Shown here: positions 1 to 13,800 of the stretch, piece after piece
Position numbering within the stretch: position 1 is the first letter of the stretch
Layout: every line of letters starts with the position of its first letter
Source of the DNA: Octopus vulgaris
Taxonomy: Eukaryota
Reading direction: 5' to 3'
Length of the DNA: 64,000 nt
NCBI GenBank assembly: GCA_951406725.2
Contig: OX597842.1
Coordinates: forward strand, 17,236,001 to 17,300,000
The notes under the pieces: model-generated
What the model was told of the DNA's origin: nothing
Database searches by the model: none
Seen by the model: the letters and a program-made list of their open reading frames with translations, nothing else
Program-made: the position numbers and the translations under genes

Positions 1-33
1 TATATGTATATATATACATATATACATATATAT

Positions 34-76
<43 letters not shown>

Positions 77-110
77 ATATATATATACATGTATATATAT
101 ATATATAATA

Positions 111-160
<50 letters not shown>

Positions 161-164
<4 letters not shown>

Positions 165-555
165 AAAAATATGGTAAAGTAAAAGACTTCACTTTACCAC
201 ACACCGAACTTTTCAGAAATAGCAGCCAAAAATTTGGCTATTTCTTCAACTGCAAATAAAAGTCTCTAGACAATGCATACTCAGAAAATAACTCACATAG
301 GTATAAGGAAAAACAATGAAAGATCACATCCATATACGATACCCGAGGACAGTCTGTTTCTGGATTTGTGGGTAAAACGCCACTTTTCCTTCATCAGCTC
401 AGAGATTTCTTCTGATTTAGATTTGAAAATACTAAGAATCAAACATACCCGTCCGATATCTGTAACATCGGACAAACCATGCAAGACACCCAGTACTAGC
501 GAATCCAAAAATACGAATGAGATCTATTATTCTCCCTGTCCACCCACGTGAGTCA
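161..555 (-). mobile_element. Non-coding HHR-bearing element fragment next to (TA)n tracts
   Basis: Carries the HHR at 342-403 and the TTGGCTGCTATTTCT motif shared with the 485-bp unit; boundaries approximate. Confidence 0.5.
342..403 (-). ncRNA. Type I hammerhead ribozyme
   Basis: Minus strand: tctgag CTGATGA a-gga..gtgg..ccac..tcc-a GAAA cagactg TC ctcggg; stem I pairs with G-U, stem III acag-a-ctgt is near-palindromic. Confidence 0.75.
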
Positions 556-624
556 TAGAGCATTACATTTCTGCAGAGGTAAAAACTGCAGTTCAAATTC
601 TTGGAGATAAAGCATTATATTGTC

Positions 625-764
<140 letters not shown>

Positions 765-784
765 CACATACATACATATATCCA

Positions 785-1050
785 CAGCTTCTGCGGCCGA
801 ACGGAACAGAATTCCTGAAATACCGCGTTAAGTCGGCCATCTACACTTTTTCCATCCTGTGGAATTCCACCTGTTTGGTGGAAGTGGACCACTAACTGCG
901 AGTTTCCTGTTTTCACTGGCAACTCACTAACAATTCGCCCAGCAGAGGCAACTGGTGAGGCTCGTGACGGCGCTTTGCTGTTCCAGTATCTCAGCCTCGC
1001 CATCACCCATGGCAACGCGTCAAGCATACTGGCGTGCCCCAATAGCCTAA
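785..1050 (+). mobile_element. 3' fragment of CRE-like non-LTR retrotransposon (RLE C-terminus), frameshifted
   Basis: Translates to EATGEARDGALLFQYLSLAITHGNASSILAC, resembling the CRE-type FQRLSLAVQRGNA terminus; KYR and GP motifs upstream. Confidence 0.6.
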
Positions 1051-1344
1051 AGTGGTGAATTATTTTGTTTTTTTCTCTTTTTTCTTCTCTCTGTTTTATT
1101 TTTTATTTTTTTCATTTGTGTTTCCTGTTTTGTCCAATTTTCTAATATGATCTTGAAAAACGGTAAACACTGTGAAGGCAATAGATTACGGAAAAAAGTG
1201 TAAGACACAAGCAAGATTTTTCTAAAATTTCTGCAGAAACAAACTTGGAGTATTTTGTTTTGTGATTTGGTTTGCAAGATTCTTTATATGATTTCGTGTG
1301 TTGAAGCATATTCTGTTGTGTCTGAGCTAAGTGATTTTCTTTTT

Positions 1345-1709
1345 GTGCCTTATAATTTAACACACTCACCGTTAAAATGTCCACTTATTTCTTATTTTTA
1401 TTTTCTTAAAATTTTCGTTGCCTCTTGCAACCTTTTCATTAGTCCTGACTGTCCGTTTTTTACACTGCGTTCCCTTTTCCTTGTTTGTGCTCATATGTGG
1501 AATAGTGTGTGTGTTACTATACATGCATGCATGCATGTATGTATATTTGTATGTATGTAGATATGTATATATGTATATATGTCTGTGTGTATTTGCATGT
1601 GTATCTATGTATATATATATGTATGTATGTATTTATGTATGTATGTATATATGTATGTTTGTATGTACATATGTATGAATATATGTATGTATGCATGCAT
1701 GCATGTATG

Positions 1710-1743
<34 letters not shown>

Positions 1744-2260
1744 TGTATGTATGTATGTATGTATGTATGTATGCATGTATGTATGTATATATGTATGTCT
1801 GTGTGTGTTTGCATGTGTATGTATGTATGTTTGTGTGTGCATCTGTATGTATGTATTCTGCATATTTATGTGCTTGCATGTCCGTGTTTGTGTATTTCCT
1901 ATGCATGTGTGTGTGTAAGCGTGTGTTTGTATATGTATGCACCTCTGTCTCCTTGTGTGTGCATGTCTGTGTGTGTGTTATGCAACTATGTACCATGTTT
2001 GTATGTATGGATGTGCATCTTTATATGTGTGGATCCGTGTCTCCATATTTGTCTGTTTATACATGCATCCATGCATGTATAGGCACACACACTGACACAC
2101 ACACAAGCGCACAAATAAACAAAAGGGAACGCGTGTAAATAACGGACAGAGTCAAGACTATTGAAAATGTTGCAAGACGCAACGAAAATTTTAGGAAAAA
2201 TAAAAAATAAGGAATAAGTGGAAATTTTACCGGTGAGTGTGTTACATAAAAAGGGACAAA
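1345..2260. repeat. Diverged inverted repeat pair (1345-1490 / 2105-2260) flanking an (ATGT)n/(GT)n tract
   Basis: acacactcaccg..aaaattttcgttgc..gcgttccc is present on opposite strands. Confidence 0.7.
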
Positions 2261-2493
2261 ATGAAAATGACTCTCCCCAAACTTGGAGTAGATATGCCAA
2301 AAACATGTAAAATAAACAGTAAATGTAGACAAAAAACAAAACAAAAAACACAAAAATCCCCCAAAACCTACTTTATTGAATTCACGTTTATCTTATCAAT
2401 ATCACCTCGTGATAATTATACATACATACATACATACATACATACATACATACATACATACATACATACATACATACATACATACACACATAC

Positions 2494-2546
<53 letters not shown>

Positions 2547-2834
2547 TAGAGTGAATCCCCAAAAAGAAGGAACAAACACAAAAAATACAAAAAGAAATAA
2601 CATGAGGACGTGGTACATGTAAAGTATTAGCAGACGCTCAGGGAAGAAAGGAAGATGGTTTAACGTTTCGAGCAACGCTCTTCCTTCTACACAAACAGAG
2701 GAATCTCCAATAGAAAGGAAGACGGAGGAAGAAAATCGCCAACGTTTCACATGTGGTTATATATTGAACATATATATATATATATTCATTTATTTATATT
2801 TATATTTATATCTATATTTATATTCGTATTTATA

Positions 2835-2993
2835 TTTATATTGAGGGCATTTTTATACATAAATGCCACACGCTAGAAGGGATTCTTAAAGTCAAACCTA
2901 CCAAATTAAATGTCTTTATTTATTTCGGTAGTTTTGACTTTAAGAGTCCCCCCAAGCGTGTGGCATTTATGTCTAGTAATGCCCTCAATATAA
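2835..2993. repeat. Imperfect ~160-bp palindrome (foldback)
   Basis: atattgagggcatt..aaatgccacacgct..cttaaagtcaaa mirrors tttgactttaag..agcgtgtggcattt..aatgccctcaatat. Confidence 0.8.
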
Positions 2994-3148
2994 ATGAATT
3001 TATTTCAGAGAAAAATTGATGGATTTTTCCGTTACGAGATTCTTCACGCTAACTACTTGATAAATTATTATAAAGATTTTATCCTCTTTTTAAATTGTAT
3101 ATATATATATATATATATGGGTTCTGCTATCTAATATTCATTATATTC

Positions 3149-3198
<50 letters not shown>

Positions 3199-3302
3199 AT
3201 ATATATATATATGTATATATATATATCTATATATGTATGTATATATATATATAGGTATATATATATGTATACATATTTATATATATACATATATATAAAT
3301 AC

Positions 3303-3422
<120 letters not shown>

Positions 3423-3439
3423 TATTAGATAGCAGAACC

Positions 3440-3472
<33 letters not shown>

Positions 3473-3495
3473 CTGTATATATTTATATATATATA

Positions 3496-3566
<71 letters not shown>

Positions 3567-3569
3567 TAT

Positions 3570-3770
3570 TAGATAGCAGAACCTTTCTTTTTTTTGCACT
3601 TATTCTTCACGATTGTTGACATTAATTTATTGGAATTGAATTCAAATATTTTGGTACATGGTAATACATGTAAAAAAAAAATAACAATTTGCTGGTATGG
3701 AATTATCCTTTAAACTTACACAAATATATTATTACAAGTATTTATTTTTCACTCGTTAGGGAACGATAAA
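3570..3770 (+). repeat. Segmental duplicate of 56810-57000 (putative gene 3' flank)
   Basis: Collinear similarity, e.g. aaatattttggtaca, catgtaa, ttgcac..cacgat. Confidence 0.65.
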
Positions 3771-3991
3771 AATCTCCTCACACGGTTAGAATCTAACAAG
3801 TGACCTGTCCGTTGTAGTGTTTTTAACTGATCCCTATGCTGACTCACTCACACCTTTTACAAATTAATAACTGATGTATTGTTAAATTCCTTATTTCAAA
3901 GTTTATCCTTCACCAGCATACACCGTTTTTAAAACTCGGAAATGCAAGACATTTATCACACATATATATACATACATACATACATGCATAC

Positions 3992-4036
<45 letters not shown>

Positions 4037-4261
4037 CAATCAATATAGGGTGGCAAGGAAAATTTTGCAGAATTTTTTTGCCACCAGCGGCCCAGTGGGA
4101 AAAAATTAAATAGTCATAGACCATTTTTAAGTTCAACATTAACAATTAAGGAACGGCCATAATAGGCCATTCACCCACTAGAAATAACAGCCAAAGCTTC
4201 TACCGCAAATAAAGATCAATTCCGTAAATCAGGAGAAAATTAAAAAAACATTTACCCTGTA

Positions 4262-4368
4262 ATTTCTTGTACGGTATACCGTTTCATCTGCTGTTTAATG
4301 GTAAACTAACCTGATTAAATTAAATCAAGCCAATCTTCCATAAGCCCTCAGATTCTTCAGCAAGAAAT
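4262..4368 (-). ncRNA. Type I hammerhead ribozyme (485-bp unit)
   Basis: Reverse complement of 5105-5211. Confidence 0.85.
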
Positions 4369-5104
4369 AGCTCAAGTCGGAACAGATATTTACACGAGTA
4401 TACCCAATCCTGCCAAGGCAATATCTGACCTAAAATTTTCAAATCGTCGCACTCGCGCCAAATTTATCGGCAGCAAATAAATCGTCGATTCCATTACGGA
4501 ATTAACCAAAAAATTCATAATTAATCAATATAGGGTGGCAAGGAAAATTTTGCAGAATTTTTTTGCCACCAGCGGCCAGTGGGAAAAAATTAAATAGTCA
4601 TAGACCATTTTTAAGTTCAACATTAACAATTAAGGAACGGCCATAATAGGCCATTCACCCACTAGAAATAACAGCCAAAGCTTCTACCGCAAATAAAGAT
4701 CAATTCCGTAAACAGGAGAAAATTAAAAAAACATAAATGTTTTTTTAATTTTCTCCTGTTTACGGAATTGATCTTTATTTGCGGTAGAAGCTTTGGCTGT
4801 TATTTCTAGTGGGTGAATGGCCTATTATGGCCGTTCCTTAATTGTTAATGTTGAACTTAAAAATGGTCTATGACTATTTAATTTTTTCCCACTGGGCCGC
4901 TGGTGGCAAAAAAATTCTGCAAAATTTTCCTTGCCACCCTATATTGATTAATTATGAATTTTTTGGTTAATTCCGTAATGGAATCGACGATTTATTTGCT
5001 GCCGATAAATTTGGCGCGAGTGCGACGATTTGAAAATTTTAGGTCAGATATTGCCTTGGCAGGATTGGGTATGCCTCGTGTAAATATCTGTTCCGACTTG
5101 AGCT

Positions 5105-5211
5105 ATTTCTTGCTGAAGAATCTGAGGGCTTATGGAAGATTGGCTTGATTTAATTTAATCAGGTTAGTTTACCATTAAACAGCAGATGAAACGGTATACC
5201 GTACAAGAAAT
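5105..5211 (+). ncRNA. Type I hammerhead ribozyme (485-bp unit)
   Basis: atttcttg CTGAAGA atctg..cagat GAAA cggtataccg TA caagaaat; 8-bp stem I; ACGGTATACCGT palindrome; predicted cut after A5203. Confidence 0.9.
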
Positions 5212-5335
5212 TACAGGGTAAATGTTTTTTTAATTTTCTCCTGTTTACGGAATTGATCTTTATTTGCGGTAGAAGCTTTGGCTGTTATTTCTAGTGGGTG
5301 AATGGCCTATTATGGCCGTTCCTTAATTGTTAATG

Positions 5336-5454
<119 letters not shown>

Positions 5455-5519
5455 CATACACACACACCACACACACACACACACACGAATATATATATGT
5501 ATATACATATATATATATA

Positions 5520-5618
5520 TGAAATACTAATTATCGAATCTCAGTTTTTTATACGCTAGACCACTGGTGTTAAAACTGATGTTATCAAATTAATATCAAT
5601 TTTTCACCCTCATTTTCA

Positions 5619-5622
<4 letters not shown>
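5520..5622 (+). mobile_element. 3'-terminal fragment related to the 505-bp HHR unit
   Basis: gctagaccact..aatatcaattt..accct is shared with 19072-19114 and, inverted, with 37811-37872. Confidence 0.5.
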
Positions 5623-5688
<66 letters not shown>

Positions 5689-5694
5689 CACATT

Positions 5695-5970
5695 CGCATC
5701 TTTATTTCCTTCTTATGCTTAATATATTTTCTGAAACATTCTGTTGCACACAAAAACAAGTTTATGTATTTGCTTTCCAAATGTAATATTCAAAGAGTGA
5801 TTATTCTATGTTGTTTCTTTGCTCTTGTAATTTTTCCTCTGTGACTCATGTATTTATTTTATTGTTGTTAAATAAAACATTTTTCATCTGAGAAAAAGAC
5901 TCGTCTGTCATATTTCTGAAACACTTCTCTTCTTCTCTATATCAACTACTACATACAACATTAATGTTAA
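5695..5970 (+). repeat. Segmental duplicate (also at 57788-57985 + and 60595-60885 -), contains AATAAA
   Basis: ttgttaaataaaacattttt..gactcgtctgtcatattt is shared among the copies. Confidence 0.75.
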
Positions 5971-6255
5971 AGGGGTGACTCCACCGTAAGCAATCTTATC
6001 TAGCAACTGGCTGAACCAACGCTTAAAAGAACTTCTACAAACATTTGCGCAGCCGTATTTCATCTCCCGTTACGTTCTGAGTTCAAATTCCGCCGAGGTC
6101 GACTTGACCTTTTATTCTTTCGGGGTCGATGAAATAAGTACCAGTTGAATACTGGGGTCGAAGTAATCGACAAAGCCCCGTCTCCCAAATTTCAGACCTT
6201 GTGCCTATAGTAGAAAAGAATTCTTATTATTATGAAGGATAATGTAGCGAGCTGG

Positions 6256-6291
<36 letters not shown>

Positions 6292-6349
6292 GTGTCTGTG
6301 TGTGTATGTGTGTGTGTGTGCATGTTTACGCGTGCGTGGCTATTTATGC

Positions 6350-6406
<57 letters not shown>

Positions 6407-6499
6407 ATCCAAACATGAAAGCACAGAAAACACAACAACGCGAGGACGTGGAACAAATATAGTATTATTGGACGCTCAGGAAAGAAGGAAAGAAGGAGG

Positions 6500-6534
6500 G
6501 CTTGACGTTTCGAGCGGAGCTCTTCGTCAGAAAC
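6500..6534 (-). ncRNA. Minimal hammerhead ribozyme in a ~200-bp element (6403-6603); decayed relatives at ~2551-2760 (-) and 38309-38342 (+)
   Basis: gttt CTGACGA a gagc-tcc-gctc GAAA cg TC aagc; stem III is reduced to the ACGT palindrome. Confidence 0.7.
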
Positions 6535-6600
6535 ATAGGAGAAGGAAATATCCAGAGAAGGGAAGATGGAGGAAAAAATTCGCCAATGGTACACACGCGG

Positions 6601-6663
<63 letters not shown>

Positions 6664-6689
6664 TGTACATATGTATATATATATATATA

Positions 6690-7460
6690 CACGCATAAAT
6701 ACACACACACACACGTGTACATATCCACACACACACATCCTCATTAAAATGATACATCTGCCACGACATGATAAAATCACAAATGAAAGGAATTTTAAAG
6801 ACAGGAAAAAAGCCTCATTAATTTAAGAAAAGTAACAAGTTCGAACACGAAATATTCGTGAAGTCTTTACAACGCTGAGGCATAATCACTTTGAAAGAAT
6901 AAATGGAAAATATTAATTAATAATATCCGGCTGCTGATTGCGATAAACATCCTTGAGTCTATTCAATATGTAGTCAACCGTGGTTTATTTGTTTAAAGTA
7001 TATTTTCTTTCTTTTTCCTCTTAAGTAGCTATGTTTCCCGTTGATTATAATCTAGTTATGTTCTTAGTATCGATTAGTATCCAGAAGTGATAAGATACTC
7101 ACAATCAGGGAAAATGATTATTGTTTTATTGAATTTTAAAATATAATCCCAACGTTTATAATTGTTTTCATCGGTGAATGTGCGTGGCTTGGGGATCAGG
7201 ATTTGCACTCACGATTCGTTGAACGTGAGATCGATTCCCAGACGGGATGGCGTGTGCTATCCTTGAGCAAAGTTCTGCATTTCACGTTGCCCCAGGGCTG
7301 TGAGGGGACTGGCATATCAATGAATAGACCCAACGTTTCTTCTGGGCTTCGTAAAAAGTGACGAATTTAGGTTCTCACCTAAATTGTACAAAGGGGTCGT
7401 CCGCCAGGGAATCACTAAGAAATGGGGGATGAAGCGACGCTCTGTAACACAGCATGCTAC
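6690..7460 (+). repeat. Duplicated upstream block (inverted copy 19280-20040; diverged direct copy 32055-33355)
   Basis: Long collinear identity, e.g. gatacatctgccacg, taatatccggctgctgattg, ggcatatcaatgaatagacccaa. Confidence 0.9.
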
Positions 7461-7864
7461 CATGTATGTATGAATGTGTGTATGTATGTGTGTGTATATA
7501 TGTATGTGCATGTATGTATGAATGTGTGTATGTATGTGTGTGTATGTATTCTTGTATGTATGTATGTCTGTGAGTGTGTATTCATGTTTATATGAATATG
7601 TGTGTGTATATATGTATGTGTGTATGTATTCATGTATGCATGTATGTATGTATGTATGTATGTGTGTGTGTGTGTATTCATGTATGTATGAATGCGTGTA
7701 TGTATGTGTGTATATATGTATGTGTATGTATGTATTCATGTATTTATGTATGTATGTATGTATGTATGTATGTATATATGTATGTATGTGTGTATGTATG
7801 TATGTATGTATGTGTGTGTATGTATTCATGTATATATGTATGTGTGTATGTATGTATGTATGTA

Positions 7865-8190
7865 CAGGGGTTGGACAAAAGTAATGGAAACACCTTAAAA
7901 TTTTAAACAAATATATTTTAAAATGGGGTAGGAACATCTTTGGCAGTAATTACAGCTTGAATTCTACGAGGTATAGACGCGTACAAAGTTTGAATTGCTT
8001 CGAAAGGAATGGCTTCAGCTAAAACATTCTCCAGTTCTTGTAGTGATGATGGTGGAGGATATCGACTCCTAACTTGATTTTTCTATAATGCACCATTAAT
8101 GTTCAGTAATATTGAGATCTGGGGGCTGGTGACCAGATAAGATCTTCATCTTCACTACATTCACTGACTTGGATTTCGATTCTTTCCCTG
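7865..8190 (-). mobile_element. Tc1-like transposon remnant (TIR plus transposase C-terminus)
   Basis: TA|CAGGGGTTGGACAAAAGTAATGGAAACAC terminus; decayed WP-SPDLNIIE-like motif near 8105-8140. Confidence 0.55.
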
Positions 8191-8269
8191 TACTCGTTGA
8201 CCACAGGTTTTTCGATGGCATTTAGTGTAATTTATCTAATGCATGATTAAAAATTTATAGCTATCGATA

Positions 8270-9005
8270 TATTGCCATGATAAAATAAAATCGTTTCGCT
8301 CATCATGTATACAAACGCAGTCGACTTGTTTCAACCGTTTATTTGCTAAGATCGATGGATAGAAACAGTTGCTGTTGAAGCCCTAACAAAGCTACGGGTA
8401 AAACTGATAATTTACTTACCTTCTGAAGAGCAAAGCATTCTGGAGAGAAAGACAAACGAATATAAGACCTGGAATTTAAGAACTTATTTAACGAAAAGTG
8501 AAATTACCTGCAACAGCTTCTGGAGTAAGAGGGAAAGAAAGTTCAATTTGGCCATCAATGTTTATAAGAGTGAAAGAACTCGGGAGAGATTGTTTTAAAG
8601 ACATCGTCTTTTCGAAGCCAATGCAAAAAGAAATCAACTGTGAAATATCCTGAATTTATTCTTAAATTACCAGAACGAAGAGAATAGAAATAAATAAAAG
8701 AAAGCTTGTTTATCGAGACTAGGAAAAGGGAACATTAAAAGGCAGAAACTTATTGTTTGCAGTGGGACACGTCTTGTTGGTCGATTTTCAACTAAAAGTG
8801 AAGTTTACTTAACAACCCTGTAACAGTTATGAATCTTAAAGGTAAGTGAATTAATAATATTAAGAATGAAAAGAGAGATAATTACTGAAATTGTTTTATA
8901 ATTCTATAATATAAAATACTGTGGCTGACTTGTGCTTTTATTACATTCGGTTTATCATTATCATTTCTCATTTCCACAGAGAATGGAAAGGACAGGGATT
9001 GTTCA
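8270..9005 (+). repeat. Paralogous promoter/first-exon block (duplicate of 34670-35700); micro-exon ATGAATCTTAAAG|GTAAGT at 8829-8841
   Basis: Collinear similarity over ~700 bp; ATG and donor conserved; both copies encode MNLK, with synonymous differences. Confidence 0.75.
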
Positions 9006-9382
9006 TACATGTACTTTATATAAAAATACAAAGAATACTTTTTATAAAATATCGACATTTTTCGCCCAAATTGGAAATATCGAAACTACTCGTACATTTG
9101 TATGCGACTCGCACACTCTTCTCCATACACTTACTGCAACTTTGCGTACACCTCTGAGTAAGTATCGCCATGACAACATTCTCTGGCATGGTCAATGCGA
9201 CGATCAAATGCTACACACCTTCCTTCCAAGCACTGCTGTAAATAGCAGAAATGATCTAGAACGTTAAAACTTAGCGGTTTGCACAACAGAGTCCCAGCCC
9301 AATTTTTGCCTAGCGGTTTTATCCAGCATCCTTCAACTTAATCTCTCTCGGAACAATCCGGATACTTATTGATCAGACCTCG

Positions 9383-9420
<38 letters not shown>

Positions 9421-9423
<3 letters not shown>

Positions 9424-10603
9424 TTATATATATAAAACTGAGAATGTGTCCGTCTGTCTGTCTGTCTGTGTGTTTCCTTAAAACTTGATAACTACACAAC
9501 CAATTTCATTCAAATTCTACGCATTTAGGGTCCGGGGAGTGTCATCGGCAAAAACATTTTTTAACTTTTTTCCTAGTGCGAGCTCACAGCAATATCATAT
9601 CTTCTTCACTACGATTCCCTAAAACTTGAGAACTACACAACCAATTTCATTCAAATTTTACACATGCCTTACTTAGGGTCCATGTAGTTTCATGGGCAAA
9701 AGAAATGTTCAACTTCTTGCCTAGAGTGAGCCCATTGCAATATCATATTTCCTCCACTATTTCAGTATTACGTGTTAAAAGTGAAACAAAAACGTTTCTC
9801 TATTTTATGTCAGATACTTTCACTTTAACAATAAAAATATTAATAACAATTGAATTATATGTAGTAAGTAATAATTAAAATCAAACTAAAGTATAATATA
9901 ATCGTAACATAACAAAAGTAAATATAGCAATTGGCATGCAATTGCATCAATGACTTGAACTTCAATAAGTGGTTTCACATGAATGGGAATGAATTAAAAA
10001 TAAAATTAGCGTGCAGAAATGGAATAGTCCAGATGGATAATAAACAATTAAATTAAATAAAAGACTATTGTCTATAAAGTATACTATGTAGAGAAAAAAA
10101 AAGGTTTGAACACATGGAGGAAAGCACCTTCGAAAAGTGTCTTGGTGCGACTATGAAAGATATCTAAAAAGAGGCGGAAAATTAGCCACACTAGAAGGAA
10201 GGTTCGAGTCAACGGAGCGTGCAAGGGAGTACTCGACTCGAACTTGCAAAGTGAAAATATTTTACTATTCCCTTTATATCTGGGACGGAGGACGTCCCGG
10301 AAAAATATTTAAAATATCCCCCCCCCCGAGGTAGAAGTAGGTGGATTGTAGCCACACTTCAATACAACAGGGAGGACAAGATACAATAGATCGAAATTAC
10401 AAGAGACGGGCTAACAATTCCAGTCTGTTATGTATTTTGAGTATTGTTATCACTGGCGATATCAAGATATAACTTTGTATTGTGTATTTTATGTGTAGAT
10501 GTATATATATATAGATGTACGTGTAATATATACACAAAATATATACACAGATATATATATGCACTAGCACTATGACCCGGCAACGACGGGTGTTTAATGC
10601 TAG
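9421..10603 (+). mobile_element. Non-autonomous Helitron
   Basis: A|TC 5' end; cccg-gcaacga-cggg hairpin ~9 nt before 3' CTAG|T; second copy at 55668-56336 (-). Confidence 0.85.
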
Positions 10604-10619
10604 TATATATACATATATA

Positions 10620-10665
<46 letters not shown>

Positions 10666-10792
10666 TAAATATATATATATTTATATATATATATATATAT
10701 AATATTATTAGAGACAAAACCACTTTTTTGCAAAACAAACAAGGAAAGACTTAATCAATACATAAAATTTTAATAAATAGTCAAAAAAACCG

Positions 10793-10835
10793 CCACTACA
10801 ATCGTTTCTTGTCTTGATCGACAATCTTCAGGTGG
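10793..10835 (-). ncRNA. Type I hammerhead ribozyme
   Basis: Reverse complement of 17409-17451. Confidence 0.85.
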
Positions 10836-13800
10836 ACTTCAATCTAAAATATCAATATTTTAAAATATACAAATAATAATTTTAAAATAATTAAAGTATG
10901 AATGAAAAAATATAAATATATAATCCATATATAACCTATATATAATCCATATATAATCAATATATAAACAATATATAAACTAAAATAAACCTATCAACAA
11001 TTAAATATAAAATATAAAATATAAAACAAAACAAAAAAATAATAATAATATAATAATAAACTATATATACACCCATACACATATACCTAATTATATATAA
11101 CCATATCTAACTACATACACTAAACCACACACCTATATATATATCCCTATACATTCACATAAAAACGTCTAGGCAACTATAAATAAATAAAATAGCTAAA
11201 TACTTCAACACAATACTTATTCATACTCCCACACACACACACATACAACCCACATTCACGCTCTAGAAAACGGACATCACTCAAAATTATGAACGGAGAA
11301 ATGGAATAAATGGAATTAAAAATTATATTCACTTGGTAAAACGAACACTCCTTAAAAATTATGAATGAAACAATGCAATAAAACAACAGACATCGCAAAT
11401 ATACACAAATTACTACGAATTCCTTAACAAACCTACCATGATAAACCAAAACTCACAAAAACATATAATGATAAAATCTCCCTTTACTAAACTCTATAAC
11501 ATACCTATATAGCAATCCCCCTAACCTAAACATTCACACACAAATACACACACGTAAACCACACACCCACGACATATACAAATACCCACACCACTTACAC
11601 ATACCAATACATACATATAAACCTCAACATATACTCCAAAAACCCACTCAACCCCACACAGACAAATAAACACAAAAATTATGAATGGATTCTTTTATAA
11701 AACTACCATGATAAGCTAAAACTCACAAAAAGAAATGATAAAACCTCCCTTTACTAAACACTATAACATACTTATATAGCAATCCCTTTAACCTATACAT
11801 TCACACACAAAAACACACACGTAAACCAAACACCCATAACAAATACAAACACCCACCCCACTCACACACACCCACAAGTACATATAAGCCTCAACATATA
11901 CACCAAACAAAATTACTTTACCAAGGAACTTAACATATGTATAAAAAGTATAACCGCTCTGGAAACGAACATCTCTAAATTAATGAATGGAGAAATGGAA
12001 TAAATGGAATTAAAAATAATATTCACGTGGCAAAACGAACACCACTCAAAAATTATGAATGAAACAATGTAATAAAACAACCAACATCGAAAATAGACAA
12101 ATTACCACGAATTCCCTAAAAAAACCATGATAAACCAAAACTCTTAAAAACATATAACGATAAAATCTCCCTTTGCTAAACTCTATAACAAACCTATATA
12201 GCAATCCCCCTAACCTAAACATTCACACACAAATACACACACGTAAACCACAGACCCACGACTTATACACATACCTATACTAACTTATAAACCTCAATAT
12301 ACACCAAAATCCACTCCCTCCACACACAGACAAATTAACACATACATCCCAAAACCTAAATAACAAACCCATATACACATTCACACACAAACACACACAC
12401 GCAAAACACACACACACAACAGATACATATACTCCCTCACATATACGCATATACATACTCACTAAACTCGATATATACAACAATATTTACACACCCACAC
12501 TCATACAGATAAATAAATTATACAACTAAAAACTCACACACAATCTCATATACATAAACACTCCTATGAAAACAACATTAAATACATCGTAATTAACCAG
12601 AATATCAAAAATAACAATATGACATAAGGATAAATAAAATACATACTTACATATCAGTTTCAAATTATAAAGTGAAATTAAATTCTTAGCCGTTAAAAAA
12701 ATCAAACCAAAATTACGTTACCATAGAAATAACTTATGTAAAAAAAGAATACGAATACGCGCCATGGAAAGTAAACGTCATTTAAATTATGAATGGAGAA
12801 AAAGAATAAATGGAACTAAAAACTATATCCACGTGGCAAACCAACACTACTTAAAAAATTTATTATGAATGGATTCTTTAAAAAACTACCATGAAAAATC
12901 CCTCCATACCCAATTTACACCCACTTAGCAATCCCAATATATTCATCCATACATGGACGCACGTGCGTGAAGCACATGCATACAATAAATACGTACAACC
13001 CCCCAATACACACTCATATACATACGTATCAAGCTCGACATCCACAGCGATACGTTTACACCCACTCACACCAAGATGGGTGAATTGCACAACCAGGGAA
13101 CGCACACACACATGTGTGCGTTTTTTGATTGTGCAACTCGCCCATATGCATGTATGCGGGCGCGATTACATTGTTGCATATATCGAGCCCAAATAGCATG
13201 CATATGTACATGTGAGGGGGTACACGCTAATGACGTGCGCGTGTACCCCCTGCATTTATACCCGTGCGTGAATATACACATGGAGACTACCACACAGGTA
13301 CAAATGTGTATAGTAATGGGAGCCCCATCACTACACTCAATGTACACTCTCACCCATCCGCACGGAAGTGAAAGTGAATCTCCGGTGTATATGTTGAGGC
13401 TTATATGTAGCGCTGTGGAGGCGAACGTCGTTGAAATTGTGAATGAATGGGTGGAGTTGGGAATTGTAACCGGGTGGTGGACTAGCGTTGCTTGGAATTG
13501 TGAGTGGAATAGTGTAGTAGTGAGGTAGGCATCGAGAATAGGTTTGGGTTGCTGCAAGTTGTTTGTTAGAGCTGCTAAGGTGAGCTAAAGCTCATAAATG
13601 TATATAATGATTTTTCATGGTAGTTTTTTAAAGAATCCATTCATAATAAATTTTTTAAGTAGTGTTGGTTTGCCACGTGGATATAGTTTTTAGTTCCATT
13701 TATTCTTTTTCTCCATTCATAATTTTAAATGACGTTTACTTTCCATGGCGCGTATTCTTTTTTTACATAAGTTATTTCTATGGTAACGTAATTTTGGTTT

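Noticed and set aside
2660-2692. Hammerhead in the 2551-2760 element
   Set aside because: Stem II and GAAACGTT remain, but the CUGANGA core is destroyed; not counted
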